A stretch of 64,000 bases of DNA from an uncultured Eubacteriales bacterium. Its GTDB lineage: Bacteria > Bacillota > Clostridia > Christensenellales > CAG-138. A model generated the notes under the pieces. That model had not been told where the DNA came from. It did not search any database and worked only from the letters and a program-made list of their open reading frames with translations. Location: NCBI GenBank assembly GCA_902765005.1, contig CACWYB010000023.1:3687-67686 (forward strand), given 5' to 3'. Numbering within the stretch: the first letter of the stretch is position 1; each line of letters begins with the position of its first letter. The position numbers were made by a program, and so were the translations under genes. Below, one piece after another: positions 28,792 through 38,326 of this stretch.

Positions 28792-31028
28792 GCCACTTCC
28801 ACCACCATGACGGTCATGTCGTCCCGCTGCCCCTTGCGCCGTGCAGCCGCCAAAAGATCCTCCGCCACCTGCTGCAAAGACGCCCCCTGGGTGCGCTTGA
28901 GCTCCAGCTCCAGCTCCTTGCCCAGCAGGTCGTATACCCCGTCGGTGCAGAAGATCAGCCGATCCCGCTGGCGCAGGCGGATGCGGCGGATGTAGGGCCG
29001 GGCTTCATCCACGATGCCGCAGGGCAGGGCCTCCCCGGACAGGGTGCGCACGTTGCCCGCCCGAACCAGGCAGGTGGGCGGGGCGCCGAACTTCACCATC
29101 TCCGCCTCCCCGGTGACAAGGTCGATGCTGGCCGCGTCCAAGGTGGCGTAGATCTCCTTCTCCGCCCGGGCGATGAGGAGCCGGTTCACGTTCTCGTAGA
29201 TCAGCTCCCGCTCCACCCCCAGCCGAAACTGGTCGAACAGCAGGCCGATGGCCGCCCGGCTCTCCCGGTTGGCCTCCTCCCCGCTGCCCATGCCGTCGGA
29301 TACGGCGTAGACCACCCGGCCGCAGGGCATGCGCAGCTCCCCGATCTCGTCCCCGGACACTTCCTCCGCCTGCTCGGGCAGGGACGCCCGGGCCATTTTC
29401 ACCTCCATGCCCCGAAGGGCCTCCAGCTCGAAGCGGGTGCCCGCCTCCCCCGGCTCGGTCCGGATGAGCCGCATGGACCGGTTCAGCTTCCGCCCCACGG
29501 CGGCCGCCAGCGCTTCGCCCGCCTGCTCCTCCCGGGGGCCCAGGCAAACGGAGAGGCACAGCCTGCCCCCGGTGTAGTAGGCGTCCAGGGACAGGGGCGC
29601 AAAGCCCTTTCGCACCAGATAGGGCAGCAGTTCCCCTTCCACCCGCCTATCCCCCCAGCGGTCCTCCCGCAGGCGCACCGCCAGGAGCGACAGCATGGAC
29701 GACACCCCGCAGAGCTGCCGGCTCATGTAGGCGTTCTGCTCCGCCGCGCGCCTGAGGCCCGCCTCGTGGGCGAAGGCCTGGTTGTAGGACTGGTAGGCGG
29801 CGGTCATGATCTCCCGGAAGAACTTGCAGTGGCTGTCCATGGGCGGCAGGGGCCGGACCGGGTCCCCCCGATCGTAGGCGGACAAGAGATGCAGCACCGC
29901 CCGATCGAAGGCTGCCGGGTCCCGCTGGCACAGGACCCGCCCCTCGCAGCCCACGCACACCCGGTGGGCCGCCCCCAAGGGCCAGGCCTGAACGAAGCTT
30001 TCCTCCTCCTTCTCCCGGTCAAAAAGGCCCGAGAGGGCTCCGCAAAGCCGGGCCGTCTCCTCCACCTCCAGGGCCATGCGCTCCCGCAGCCGGCCGGTGG
30101 CCCCGGCGCCGTTTTTGTCGCTGAAGCTTCGGCTGTCCAGCAGGAGCCGGGCCCGGTCCATCCACTCCCCCGGCACCACCAGAAACGCGAGGCAGGCGAT
30201 GAGGGCGCTGCCCAGGGCGTAGGACTCCCCCTCCGTGCCCAGGAAGGTGTCCAGCACCGCCGCCGTGAGCAGGAAGGCCCCCGTCGTGAAGCCCCGGCCG
30301 TAATCCGACACCAGGGAGCCCATGAGGGCGCAGAGGGCGGTGGTCCCCAGCAGGGCCGCCCCCTCCTCCAGGCCGAAGGCCAGCAGGGCCGCCGGCAGGA
30401 TGCCCGTGCCCAGGCCCGCCGGGCCCTTGCACTCCACGAGCAGCAGCACCCCTGCGTCCAGCAGCACCACGGGCAAGGACACGCCCGCGGCGGCAAAATC
30501 CCCCATGCCCAGGAGCAGCAGTCCCCACAGGCCGAAGAGGAGCAGCTGCTCCGGCTCCTGCAGGACGCAGAGCCGGCTTCCGTGGCGCAGGAGCCCCAGG
30601 CACCGGCTGATGAGCACCACGGCCACCGCCGACATGGCCAGCGACAGCATGGCGTAGGCGCAGGAGCGCCAGGTGAGCACCATCTCAAAGGGCAGCACGG
30701 CGATCTCGCACAGCAGGAACACCAGCATCCGGGCGCTGACGGACACCTCCTCCAGCATGATTTTCATGAGCCGGGTGAGCAGCACGAAGGCCGCCGCCGC
30801 GATCATCACGCCCCAAAGGGGCTCCCCGCTGAGGAAAGCGCCGATGAGGACCCCGGCCCCGGCGAAGAGGGGGTCGATGTTCATGAGCTCCGCCGCCGCC
30901 ATGGCGGCCAGGCCGAAGGGGGCGCAGCTCTCCCCCACCCGCACCCGGCACAGCACCAGGCTCCCCAGGAAGGTGCCCAGCTCCAAGATGTGCTTCGTTG
31001 TGTTCCAACCCTGTTTCTTTCGGTTCAT
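28788..31028 (-). CDS. spoIIE: Stage II sporulation protein E (PP2C phosphatase)
   Basis: N-terminal multi-TM region (APFGLA), CxxC..C regulatory region, SDGMGSG, YATLD, TDGV and DDMTV motifs; start uncertain. Confidence 0.8.
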   Translation of the reverse strand: MNRKKQGWNTTKHILELGTFLGSLVLCRVRVGESCAPFGLAAMAAAELMNIDPLFAGAGVLIGAFLSGEPLWGVMIAAAAFVLLTRLMKIMLEEVSVSARMLVFLLCEIAVLPFEMVLTWRSCAYAMLSLAMSAVAVVLISRCLGLLRHGSRLCVLQEPEQLLLFGLWGLLLLGMGDFAAAGVSLPVVLLDAGVLLLVECKGPAGLGTGILPAALLAFGLEEGAALLGTTALCALMGSLVSDYGRGFTTGAFLLTAAVLDTFLGTEGESYALGSALIACLAFLVVPGEWMDRARLLLDSRSFSDKNGAGATGRLRERMALEVEETARLCGALSGLFDREKEEESFVQAWPLGAAHRVCVGCEGRVLCQRDPAAFDRAVLHLLSAYDRGDPVRPLPPMDSHCKFFREIMTAAYQSYNQAFAHEAGLRRAAEQNAYMSRQLCGVSSMLSLLAVRLREDRWGDRRVEGELLPYLVRKGFAPLSLDAYYTGGRLCLSVCLGPREEQAGEALAAAVGRKLNRSMRLIRTEPGEAGTRFELEALRGMEVKMARASLPEQAEEVSGDEIGELRMPCGRVVYAVSDGMGSGEEANRESRAAIGLLFDQFRLGVERELIYENVNRLLIARAEKEIYATLDAASIDLVTGEAEMVKFGAPPTCLVRAGNVRTLSGEALPCGIVDEARPYIRRIRLRQRDRLIFCTDGVYDLLGKELELELKRTQGASLQQVAEDLLAAARRKGQRDDMTVMVVEVA

Positions 31029-31261
31029 GGCCCCATTGTAGCCCATGGGGCCGGTGGATTTTCGGCGAATCCCGCGGGGACGGCCCCCTTTCTTCCCGAC
31101 AGGATGAGCCCTTCTCCCGCCGGGTTTGCCCCTTTGCCGGGGCTTGTGCCCCGCCCGCCGCAAAAACGCTGTCTTGCGCGGCGCAGGCGGCTGCGGTATA
31201 CTATAAAAAACGGGGCGATCCGCTCCCGACGAACCGCTGCAAGGAAAGAAGGACACTGGGC

Positions 31262-32826
31262 ATGAAACGGGCTTTGGTCGCAACCGTGCTGCTATGCTGC
31301 CTCATGGGCTGCGCCGCCGCGGCACAGGCTCCGGCAGGAACGCCTGCCCCCACCGCCGCTTTGACCGCCGCCCCCACCCAAACGCCCCGGGCAACGGCCA
31401 CGGCCGCCCCCACCCCTTCGCCCCTCCTGCTGGGGGGCCAGGCCCTCACGGGCCGGGAGGAAAGCTTGCGGCTGGTCCTCACCGCGGAGGAGCTCAAAGC
31501 CCTGGACGGGTTTTCGAACCTTGCCCGGCTGGACCTTTCCGGCAGCACCTGCTACGACGCCATTTTGGCCTTCATGGCCGCCCACCCGGAAGTGGACGTG
31601 CGCTACACCGTGCAGGTGGGGGATCGGGAGGTCCCCTTCGACGCGGAGGAGCTGACCTTGGCCGCTCTGCCGGAGGGCAAGGCTCTCTCCTATCTGCCCG
31701 CCCTGAAGGCCCTCACCGTTGAAACGCCCCTGACCCCGGACGAAGCGAAGGCCCTTCGCGCCCTGCTGCCGGCGGCGGAGCTAAGCTATTCCCTGTCCTT
31801 CGCGGGCCTGACGGCGGCATGGGACACAGACGCTTTGGACCTTTCCATGATCGACCCTGCCGACGTGCCCGAGGCCATGGCGGCGCTGGAAGAACTGCCC
31901 CGGCTCAAGGCGGTGCGCCTGTCCCGCCCGGACGAAAGCTCCCCCTGGACCCTGCAGCAGGCGGACGAGCTGATGGGCCAACTGCCGGCGCTAAAGGTGG
32001 ACTACGTGGCCCACGCCTTCGGGGTCAGCTTCCGGCTGACGGACCCGGTGGTGAGCTTCAGCGGCATAGACCTTTCGGATAAGGCGGAGGAGCTGGAAGC
32101 GCTGCTGCCGCACCTTGCCCGGGTGGGGCGGCTGGACATGGAGAACTGCGGCATTCCGGACGAGCGGATGGGGGCCCTGCGGGCGGCCTTCCCCGCACCG
32201 AAGATCGTGTGGCGGGTGGCCGTGGGGGCTTACTCCTGCCGGACCGACGCCCTCATGATCCGCTTCTCCGACTGCATCGAGGACATCCGCCTCCACGACG
32301 AGGACGTGCGCGCCCTCATCTACTGCAACGAGATCCGCTATCTTGACCTGGGTCACAACTACCTGACCAGCGCCTACTTCGCCGCCTACATGCCGGAGTT
32401 GGAGGTGTGCATCCTGGCCGTGGAGAAGCACCTTGTCGACATCTCCGCCCTGGCGCACTGCCCCAAGCTGTGGAGTATTTGGAGATCTTCTCCGGCCGGG
32501 TCACGGACCTGACGCCGCTTACGAGCTGCAAAAACCTGAAGCACCTGAACATCGGCTGGAGCCCGGTCTCGGACATCTCCCCGCTATACGAGCTGGATCT
32601 GGAGCGGCTTTGGCTCCCCCAGACCCGGGTTTCCTCCGCCGAGGTGCGGGATTTCAGGGAGCGCTTCCCCGGCTGCGAGGTGAACACCACCGCCAACGAC
32701 CCGGCGGGGGGCCCCTGGCGGATCCGGGGCAACTATTACACCCCCCGGTACGCGCTGCTGCGGGAACAGTTTTGCTACGACCACATGGAGATCAACACCT
32801 ATTCCGAGCCGCCTGTCTTTGAATGA
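31262..32826 (+). pseudogene. Leucine-rich-repeat lipoprotein, frameshifted at ~32471
   Basis: Lipobox LMGC; LRRs (RLDLSGS, YLDLGHN) continue in a shifted frame as EYLEIF..LKHLNIG. Confidence 0.7.
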
Positions 32827-32890
32827 GGGCCCTTGCCCCGCCGGGGCGGATATGGTATACTGCAATCACTTTTTTGAACGAGGACGAAAC

Positions 32891-33559
32891 ATGACCAAGA
32901 CCAAGATCATCGCCTTTGAGGGCATCGACGGCACGGGCAAGAGCGTGCAGATGGAGGCGCTCAAGCGCCGCCTGGAGGAGCGGGGCCTGCGGGTGGGCAC
33001 CCTGTCCTTCCCGGATTACGGCAGCTTTTTCGGGGGCTGCGTGGGCCGCTATCTCATGAAAAAGGACGGGGTTTCCGCCAGCGACGTGGACCAGCGGAGC
33101 ATGGCCCTCTGGTTCGCCATGGACCGGTGGGCGGCCTTCCAGGGGTTTGACTACGCGGATTTGGACGTGCTGCTCATTAACCGCTATGTGCTGAGCAACG
33201 CGGTCTACCAGAGCATCCGGGACAGGGATCTGGACCGGACGGAGATTCTGGACTTCGTGCTGGAGCTGGAGTTCGAGCAGCTGAAGATCCCCCGGCCCGA
33301 CCTGAACCTGATCCTGGACGTGGACCTCTCCGACGCCCAGAACAACGTGTCCAAGAAGGGCTATCGGGACTACGCCGGGGACGAGAAGGACGAGTACGAG
33401 AAGCAGGACGCCATCCAGCTGCGGGCCCGGGCCAAGTACCTCTCCTACGGGGAGCGGCTGCGCAACGTGAAGGTGATCCCCTGCATGGAAGGGGGCGCCC
33501 TGCTGCCCATCGACGCCATCGCCGAAAGGGTCTACGCCGCGGTGACGCCCATTCTCTGA
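32891..33559 (+). CDS. tmk: Thymidylate kinase-like protein
   Basis: FEGIDGTGKS P-loop, SFPDY, NRYVLSN and PRPDL motifs. Confidence 0.75.
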   Translation: MTKTKIIAFEGIDGTGKSVQMEALKRRLEERGLRVGTLSFPDYGSFFGGCVGRYLMKKDGVSASDVDQRSMALWFAMDRWAAFQGFDYADLDVLLINRYVLSNAVYQSIRDRDLDRTEILDFVLELEFEQLKIPRPDLNLILDVDLSDAQNNVSKKGYRDYAGDEKDEYEKQDAIQLRARAKYLSYGERLRNVKVIPCMEGGALLPIDAIAERVYAAVTPIL

Positions 33560-33571
33560 TTCCAACGAAAC

Positions 33572-33603
33572 AAAAAAGGACGGTTTTGCGCCGTCCTTTT
33601 TTT
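33572..33603. terminator. Intrinsic terminator after tmk
   Basis: AAAAAAGGACGG-TTTTGCG-CCGTCCTTTTTTT. Confidence 0.75.
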
Positions 33604-33606
33604 GCA

Positions 33607-33637
33607 TTTTACAACTCTCTTACAAGTCTATTACAAC
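33607..33637 (+). promoter_or_regulatory. Triple TTACAA direct repeat (11-bp period)
   Basis: TTACAA at 33609, 33620 and 33631; 21-mer differs by one base from the 24217-24237 site. Confidence 0.7.
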
Positions 33638-33700
33638 TATTTGACGTTTTGGACGAATATGGAAGGTATCATGGTCGTGAAAGAGAAAGGAGGCACGAAC

Positions 33701-35113
33701 ATGAAACGGATCTGTATGCTGATGCTGGCGGCTTTGCTGCTGATCGGCTGCCAGCCCACGCCCGAGGAGGAGTATGTGGTGAACAAGCGGGACAGCGGCG
33801 TGGAGGCGAAGCTGGAGAAGGAAACCGACGAGAGCGCCCAGGAAAGGGGCGCCCAGATGCTGCCGGAACGGTGGGACGAGGTCTACGAAACGGACCTGAT
33901 GACCCTGACCTTCGCCGCCCCCATCGTCCAGAAGGAGGACGGGCTCTACCCCGTGTACCGGACCCGGAGCGCCCCGCTCACGGAGGCAGAGATCATCAAG
34001 TACCTGAATATCCTCTTCCCCGACCCCGTGACCGTGCGGCAGAACCTGCCCACCAAGGCGGACATCCAGAAGGAGATGGAATGGTATTTGAATGATGCCC
34101 AGGCCAAGCTGGACTGGCAGGACGCGGGCCGGCCCGACGACGGGGTGGACCGGGACGAGACGCCCATCACCCGGGAGGAGGTCAATGAGGAGCTGGCCAA
34201 CTACCAGGCGCTGATCCAGAAGGCCCCGGAGACCAACGAGGAGAGCCCCGCCACGGCCTACCACATCCCCACCGGCCAGGAGGGCATCCTGGTCTACCGG
34301 ATGCAGTCCGGGGACACCGTGATCGTGAACCCCTCCTGGAACGGGAGCCTCTACGCGGGCCTGGGCAGCAACCACACCCACGTCTACCCCCGGTATGAGT
34401 ATGAGGAAATGAAGCGGTTAGACGACGAGGACACCCTCCCCTACACCCCCGTGACCGCGGACCAAAAGAAGTGCGAGCAGGTGGCCAAGGACGCCCTCAC
34501 TAAGCTGGGCATCGAGGGCATGGTCCTGGTCGAGACGGAGGAGGCGAACCTGATGGACGGCCGGATATGCCTCTCCGGGGGCTACGAGTGCCTGTTCGTC
34601 CGGGACTTCGGGGGGTACCCCTATCTTGGCAGCAACTTTGAGCCCGCCCAGGGCCTGACCTACGGGAGCGACGACAGCTTCATGGCCAACAAGCACATCA
34701 ACGCCGAGGAGCTGCGGCTCTTCGCCGACGAGGAGGGCGTGAAGCTCATCAGCTTCGACGCCCCCAAGATGATCGTGGGCATCGAAAGCAAGAACATCGA
34801 GCTGCTGCCCTTCGAGAAGGCCCAGGAGCGCATCAAGCAGGGCCTCACCTACGGCCTGTCTAAGTGGGCCCAGGATGTGAAGCAGAACGAGCCGGAGGTG
34901 AAGCTGAACGTGGAGATATATAAGATCGCCCTGACCACCTACACCCTCCACGTGCCCAACAGCGAGGATTACTATGAGATGCCCTGCTACGTGGTGTACT
35001 ACGACCCCTGGCAGCGGCCGGACAGCAGCCGGAACGACAAGACCATGATGCAGGAGACGTTGCTCATCAACGCCGTGGACGGGTCCATCGTCCACACGGA
35101 TTGGGGGTATTGA
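33701..35113 (+). CDS. Uncharacterised lipoprotein (DUF6034-like)
   Basis: AAAGGAGG RBS; LIGCQPTPEEEYVVNK lipobox motif; C-terminal LLINAVDGSIV. Confidence 0.75.
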   Translation: MKRICMLMLAALLLIGCQPTPEEEYVVNKRDSGVEAKLEKETDESAQERGAQMLPERWDEVYETDLMTLTFAAPIVQKEDGLYPVYRTRSAPLTEAEIIKYLNILFPDPVTVRQNLPTKADIQKEMEWYLNDAQAKLDWQDAGRPDDGVDRDETPITREEVNEELANYQALIQKAPETNEESPATAYHIPTGQEGILVYRMQSGDTVIVNPSWNGSLYAGLGSNHTHVYPRYEYEEMKRLDDEDTLPYTPVTADQKKCEQVAKDALTKLGIEGMVLVETEEANLMDGRICLSGGYECLFVRDFGGYPYLGSNFEPAQGLTYGSDDSFMANKHINAEELRLFADEEGVKLISFDAPKMIVGIESKNIELLPFEKAQERIKQGLTYGLSKWAQDVKQNEPEVKLNVEIYKIALTTYTLHVPNSEDYYEMPCYVVYYDPWQRPDSSRNDKTMMQETLLINAVDGSIVHTDWGY

Positions 35114-35189
35114 TATCCATCCATTCACTATCGCAAGCGCGGTGCAGCCGCGCGCACGCAGCCGACAGAGAATGAACGGCAAACGGAAT

Positions 35190-35220
35190 TGAAAAAGGAC
35201 GGCCAAGCCGTCCTTTTTCA
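35190..35220. terminator. Bidirectional terminator (SRP RNA and lipoprotein gene)
   Basis: TGAAAAAGGACGG-CCAAG-CCGTCCTTTTTCA. Confidence 0.75.
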
Positions 35221-35229
35221 CAAAGAAAT

Positions 35230-35415
35230 GCGTGCACCCCGAGATCGACAGGGCGCTACCGTCTTACCGGTTGCCGGTGGCTCCTCGCAGGAGACCTCGC
35301 GGCACACGGAAGGTTCCGCTTAGTGCTGCTTCCGTCAGGATCTGACACGGTTCACAGGCTTCCGTTGCACGAGTCCCACGGGTATAGGGCACCGCTACCT
35401 CCCCGTCTGGCACGC
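35230..35415 (-). ncRNA. ffs: SRP RNA (large Gram-positive type), with an apparent internal deletion
   Basis: 5' GCGTGC..GGGGAGGTAGCGGTGCCC Alu start, helix-8 GTCAGATCCTGACGGAAGCAGCAC, 3' GGTGCACGC; own promoter and terminator. Confidence 0.9.
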
Positions 35416-35421
35416 AAGGGT

Positions 35422-35450
35422 ATTATAGCGTGTCAGGCTTCCTTTTGCAA
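35422..35450 (-). promoter_or_regulatory. sigma-A promoter of SRP RNA
   Basis: TTGCAA-17 nt-TATAAT. Confidence 0.75.
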
Positions 35451-36359
35451 GTGGGAAATGGCCCAGAGGAGGGTTTCTTTCAGGTCCCCCTCCGATTGGG
35501 CCGTCTGGGCCTTTAGAAGGGGCAGCAGGTCGGTGCGGTTTTGATTGGCCGCCAGGACCGCCGCCTGGGCGGTGAGCTTGCCCCCCTTCCTCATGTTTTT
35601 GCCGATAAGTTCAAGGGCAGGCTTCAGATCGCCGGAAAGGAGCTTTTCCAGGTCGAAGGCGGCTTCCTCCGCCGCCGTCATGGGCCGGGGCGCCATGAAG
35701 TGATTGAGGGGGCACACGTTTTGGCACACCTCGCAGCCCAGGAGGCAAATCAGCTTCTCCATGACCCATTCGGGCATGGCCGGCCCCTCCTCATAGGCCC
35801 GGAGGCACTTTCGCCAGTCGTAGCCATTTGGGCCGATGGCGCCGCCGGGGCAGGCCCGACGGCAGCGGTTGCAATGGACGCAGGCGGTAAAGGGGGCCCC
35901 TTTGGGGGTGAAGGTAAGCTGTTCCGCCGGCAAAGCTGCCATCAGGGCCTGGACCACGAACCGGGTGCCGCAGCCGGGAAGATAGATGAGGTCGCTGTCG
36001 AGACGTGTCCCCAAGCCCCAATCCACCAGGATGGTCTTCACGGGCACCGCCGCCCGCTCGGTCCGCACCCCCTCCTCCGCCAGTTGCCCCCGCAGGGCCT
36101 GCATGGCCAGATAGCTTTGATGGGAGGCGGGATAGTAGCCGGAGAGGACGGCCTCGGGGGCAAGGGGCGCATAGGCCCAGATGAGAAGGAGCAGCGCGTT
36201 GGCCCAGGGGTAGGCCGAGGCGGCGTCCGCCTCGATCCAGCCCGTCTGGGGCGCAAACGCGCCGCTTTCCCGGCGGCGCGTCCATGCTTCATATTGGGGC
36301 ACGGGGAGCAGAAAGCCCTCCCGAAAGCCTGCGGTTTTCACCAATTCGTGTAGGTTCAT
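35433..36359 (-). CDS. Epoxyqueuosine reductase (QueG)-like 4Fe-4S protein
   Basis: CVHCNRCRRACPGGA, KCL and LGCEVCQNVCP motifs; HEAT-like C-terminus. Confidence 0.7.
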   Translation of the reverse strand: MNLHELVKTAGFREGFLLPVPQYEAWTRRRESGAFAPQTGWIEADAASAYPWANALLLLIWAYAPLAPEAVLSGYYPASHQSYLAMQALRGQLAEEGVRTERAAVPVKTILVDWGLGTRLDSDLIYLPGCGTRFVVQALMAALPAEQLTFTPKGAPFTACVHCNRCRRACPGGAIGPNGYDWRKCLRAYEEGPAMPEWVMEKLICLLGCEVCQNVCPLNHFMAPRPMTAAEEAAFDLEKLLSGDLKPALELIGKNMRKGGKLTAQAAVLAANQNRTDLLPLLKAQTAQSEGDLKETLLWAISHLQKEA

Positions 36360-36988
36360 TGGGCCTGGGCTTGGAGCATCTCCTTGGTTTTCATGAGCCG
36401 GGACAGGTTCCCGCGCTCGTTCTCGTCCAGCTTCATCTGGATGTCCCGAATGGCCTCGGTGTACTGGGGGATCATGACGTATTCGAGGGCGTTCACCCGG
36501 CGGCGGGTCTTTTCGATCTCGTCAGCCAGGCGCGCCGTGCTCTTCTCCACCTCGGCCAGCTCCAGCATCAGCGGCAGGGCTTCGGCGATGGCCTGGACCG
36601 CCCCGTCCAGATCCGCGCTGGTGGAGGAGAAGCCGTAGGGATAGACGATCTCCTCCGAGGTGTTCATGGAGAGCTTGGGCACGGGGATGGACAGGATGTT
36701 TTGCTTCTCCGCCTCCACCTCGATGCCCCGGGCGGGATAGAGCAAGGCCTCCTCGATCTCGTTGTTGGACATGGTGGCCTTGGCCAGGACGAAGTTCTGC
36801 ATGGCTGCGGCCATCTTCTGCTCCGTCTGCTCCCGCAGCTCCTTGTTCTTCCGCGCCAGCACGATGAAGCGCCGGACCAGCTCGTCCCGCTTGTCCTTCA
36901 TCATCTTATGGCCCCGCACCGCCGTCTTCAGCCGCTTTTTCAGGTTGGACAGCTCCATGCGGGTGGGTTTGTATTGAATAGCCGCCAT
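36356..36988 (-). CDS. ntpD: V/A-type ATP synthase subunit D
   Basis: PTRMEL, RGHKMMKDKRDEL and EIEKTRRRVNALE motifs. Confidence 0.95.
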   Translation of the reverse strand: MAAIQYKPTRMELSNLKKRLKTAVRGHKMMKDKRDELVRRFIVLARKNKELREQTEQKMAAAMQNFVLAKATMSNNEIEEALLYPARGIEVEAEKQNILSIPVPKLSMNTSEEIVYPYGFSSTSADLDGAVQAIAEALPLMLELAEVEKSTARLADEIEKTRRRVNALEYVMIPQYTEAIRDIQMKLDENERGNLSRLMKTKEMLQAQAQ

Positions 36989-37000
36989 AGGCGCCCTCCC

Positions 37001-38326
37001 TTACTGTGCGGGATGATAGTACTTATCCAGGTACGCGTCCCGAATGCGCTTGAGCTCGGTCCGAGGCAGGATGCCCAACAGCTTCCAGCCCAGATCCAGC
37101 GTCTCCTCGATGGTCCGATTGGTGTAGTAGCCCTGGGAGATGTACTCCGCCTCGAAGGCGTCGGCGAACTTGGCGTAGAGCTTGTCCGTGTCGGACAGGG
37201 CCGCGTCGCCCAGGATCACCGCCAGCTCCTTGGCGTCCTTACCGCGGGAGTAGGCGGAGAAAAGCTGGTTCATGGTGTCCGCGTGGTCCTCCCGGGTCTT
37301 GCCCTTGCCGATGCCCTTGTCCTTCAGACGGGACAGGGACGGGAGCACGTTGATGGGCGGGGTCAGGCCCTTGCGGTACAGGTCGCGGGAAAGGATGATC
37401 TGGCCCTCGGTGATGTAGCCGGTCAAATCGGGAATGGGGTGGGTCACGTCGTCCTCGGGCATGGACAGGATGGGGATCATGGTGATGGAGCCCTTGTTGT
37501 CCCGGATACGGCCCGCCCGCTCATACATGGTGTTGCGGGCCGCGGAGATCTCCCGCAGGGCCTCGGCGTAGTTGGTGATGTCGGTGATGATGACCAGCAC
37601 GTGCATGCCCAAGTCGTAGGCCAGATACTCTGCCGCGGTGATGGCCATACGGGGGGTGGCGATACGCTCGATGGCCGGGTCGTTGGCCAGGTTGATGAAC
37701 GTGACGGTCCGCTCGATGGCGCCGGTCTTCCGAAAGTCGCTGATGAAGAAGTCCGCCTCCTCGAAGGTGATGCCCACGGCGGCGAAGACCACGGCGAACT
37801 TCTCGTCGGAGCCAAGGACCTTGGCCTGCCGGGCGATCTGGGCCGCCAGCTGGGCGTGCGGCAGACCGCTGCCCGAGAACACCGGGAGCTTCTGGCCCCG
37901 GACCAGGGTGTTCAGGCCGTCGATGGCGGACACGCCGGTCTGGATGAACTCGGAAGGATAGTCCCGGGCGGCGGGGTTCATGGGGTTGCCGTTGATGTTG
38001 AGGTGCTTCTCCGGGATCAGGGCGGGGCCGCCGTCCTTGGGCTTGCCCATGCCGTCGAAGACCCGGCCCAGCATGTCGGGGGCCACGTCGAGCTCGATGG
38101 ACCGGCCCATGAAGCGGGCCTTGGCGGTGCTGACGCGCAGGCCCTGGGAGCCCTCAAAGAGCTGGACCAGCGCCCGATCGCCGTTGACCTCCAGGACCTT
38201 GCCCCGGCGGATGGAGCCGTCCTCCTGGACGATCTCCACCAGCTCGTCGTACTTGACGCCTTCCACCTGGTTCACCAGCATCAAGGCGCCCACGACCTCG
38301 GAAATGGTTCGGTATTCCTTCTGCAT
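37001..38326 (-). CDS. ntpB: V/A-type ATP synthase subunit B (in-frame loss of ~17 aa near 37533)
   Basis: [25 protein letters not shown] and [15 protein letters not shown] motifs; EVPGRRGYPGYLYTDL segment absent. Confidence 0.93.
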   Translation of the reverse strand: MQKEYRTISEVVGALMLVNQVEGVKYDELVEIVQEDGSIRRGKVLEVNGDRALVQLFEGSQGLRVSTAKARFMGRSIELDVAPDMLGRVFDGMGKPKDGGPALIPEKHLNINGNPMNPAARDYPSEFIQTGVSAIDGLNTLVRGQKLPVFSGSGLPHAQLAAQIARQAKVLGSDEKFAVVFAAVGITFEEADFFISDFRKTGAIERTVTFINLANDPAIERIATPRMAITAAEYLAYDLGMHVLVIITDITNYAEALREISAARNTMYERAGRIRDNKGSITMIPILSMPEDDVTHPIPDLTGYITEGQIILSRDLYRKGLTPPINVLPSLSRLKDKGIGKGKTREDHADTMNQLFSAYSRGKDAKELAVILGDAALSDTDKLYAKFADAFEAEYISQGYYTNRTIEETLDLGWKLLGILPRTELKRIRDAYLDKYYHPAQ

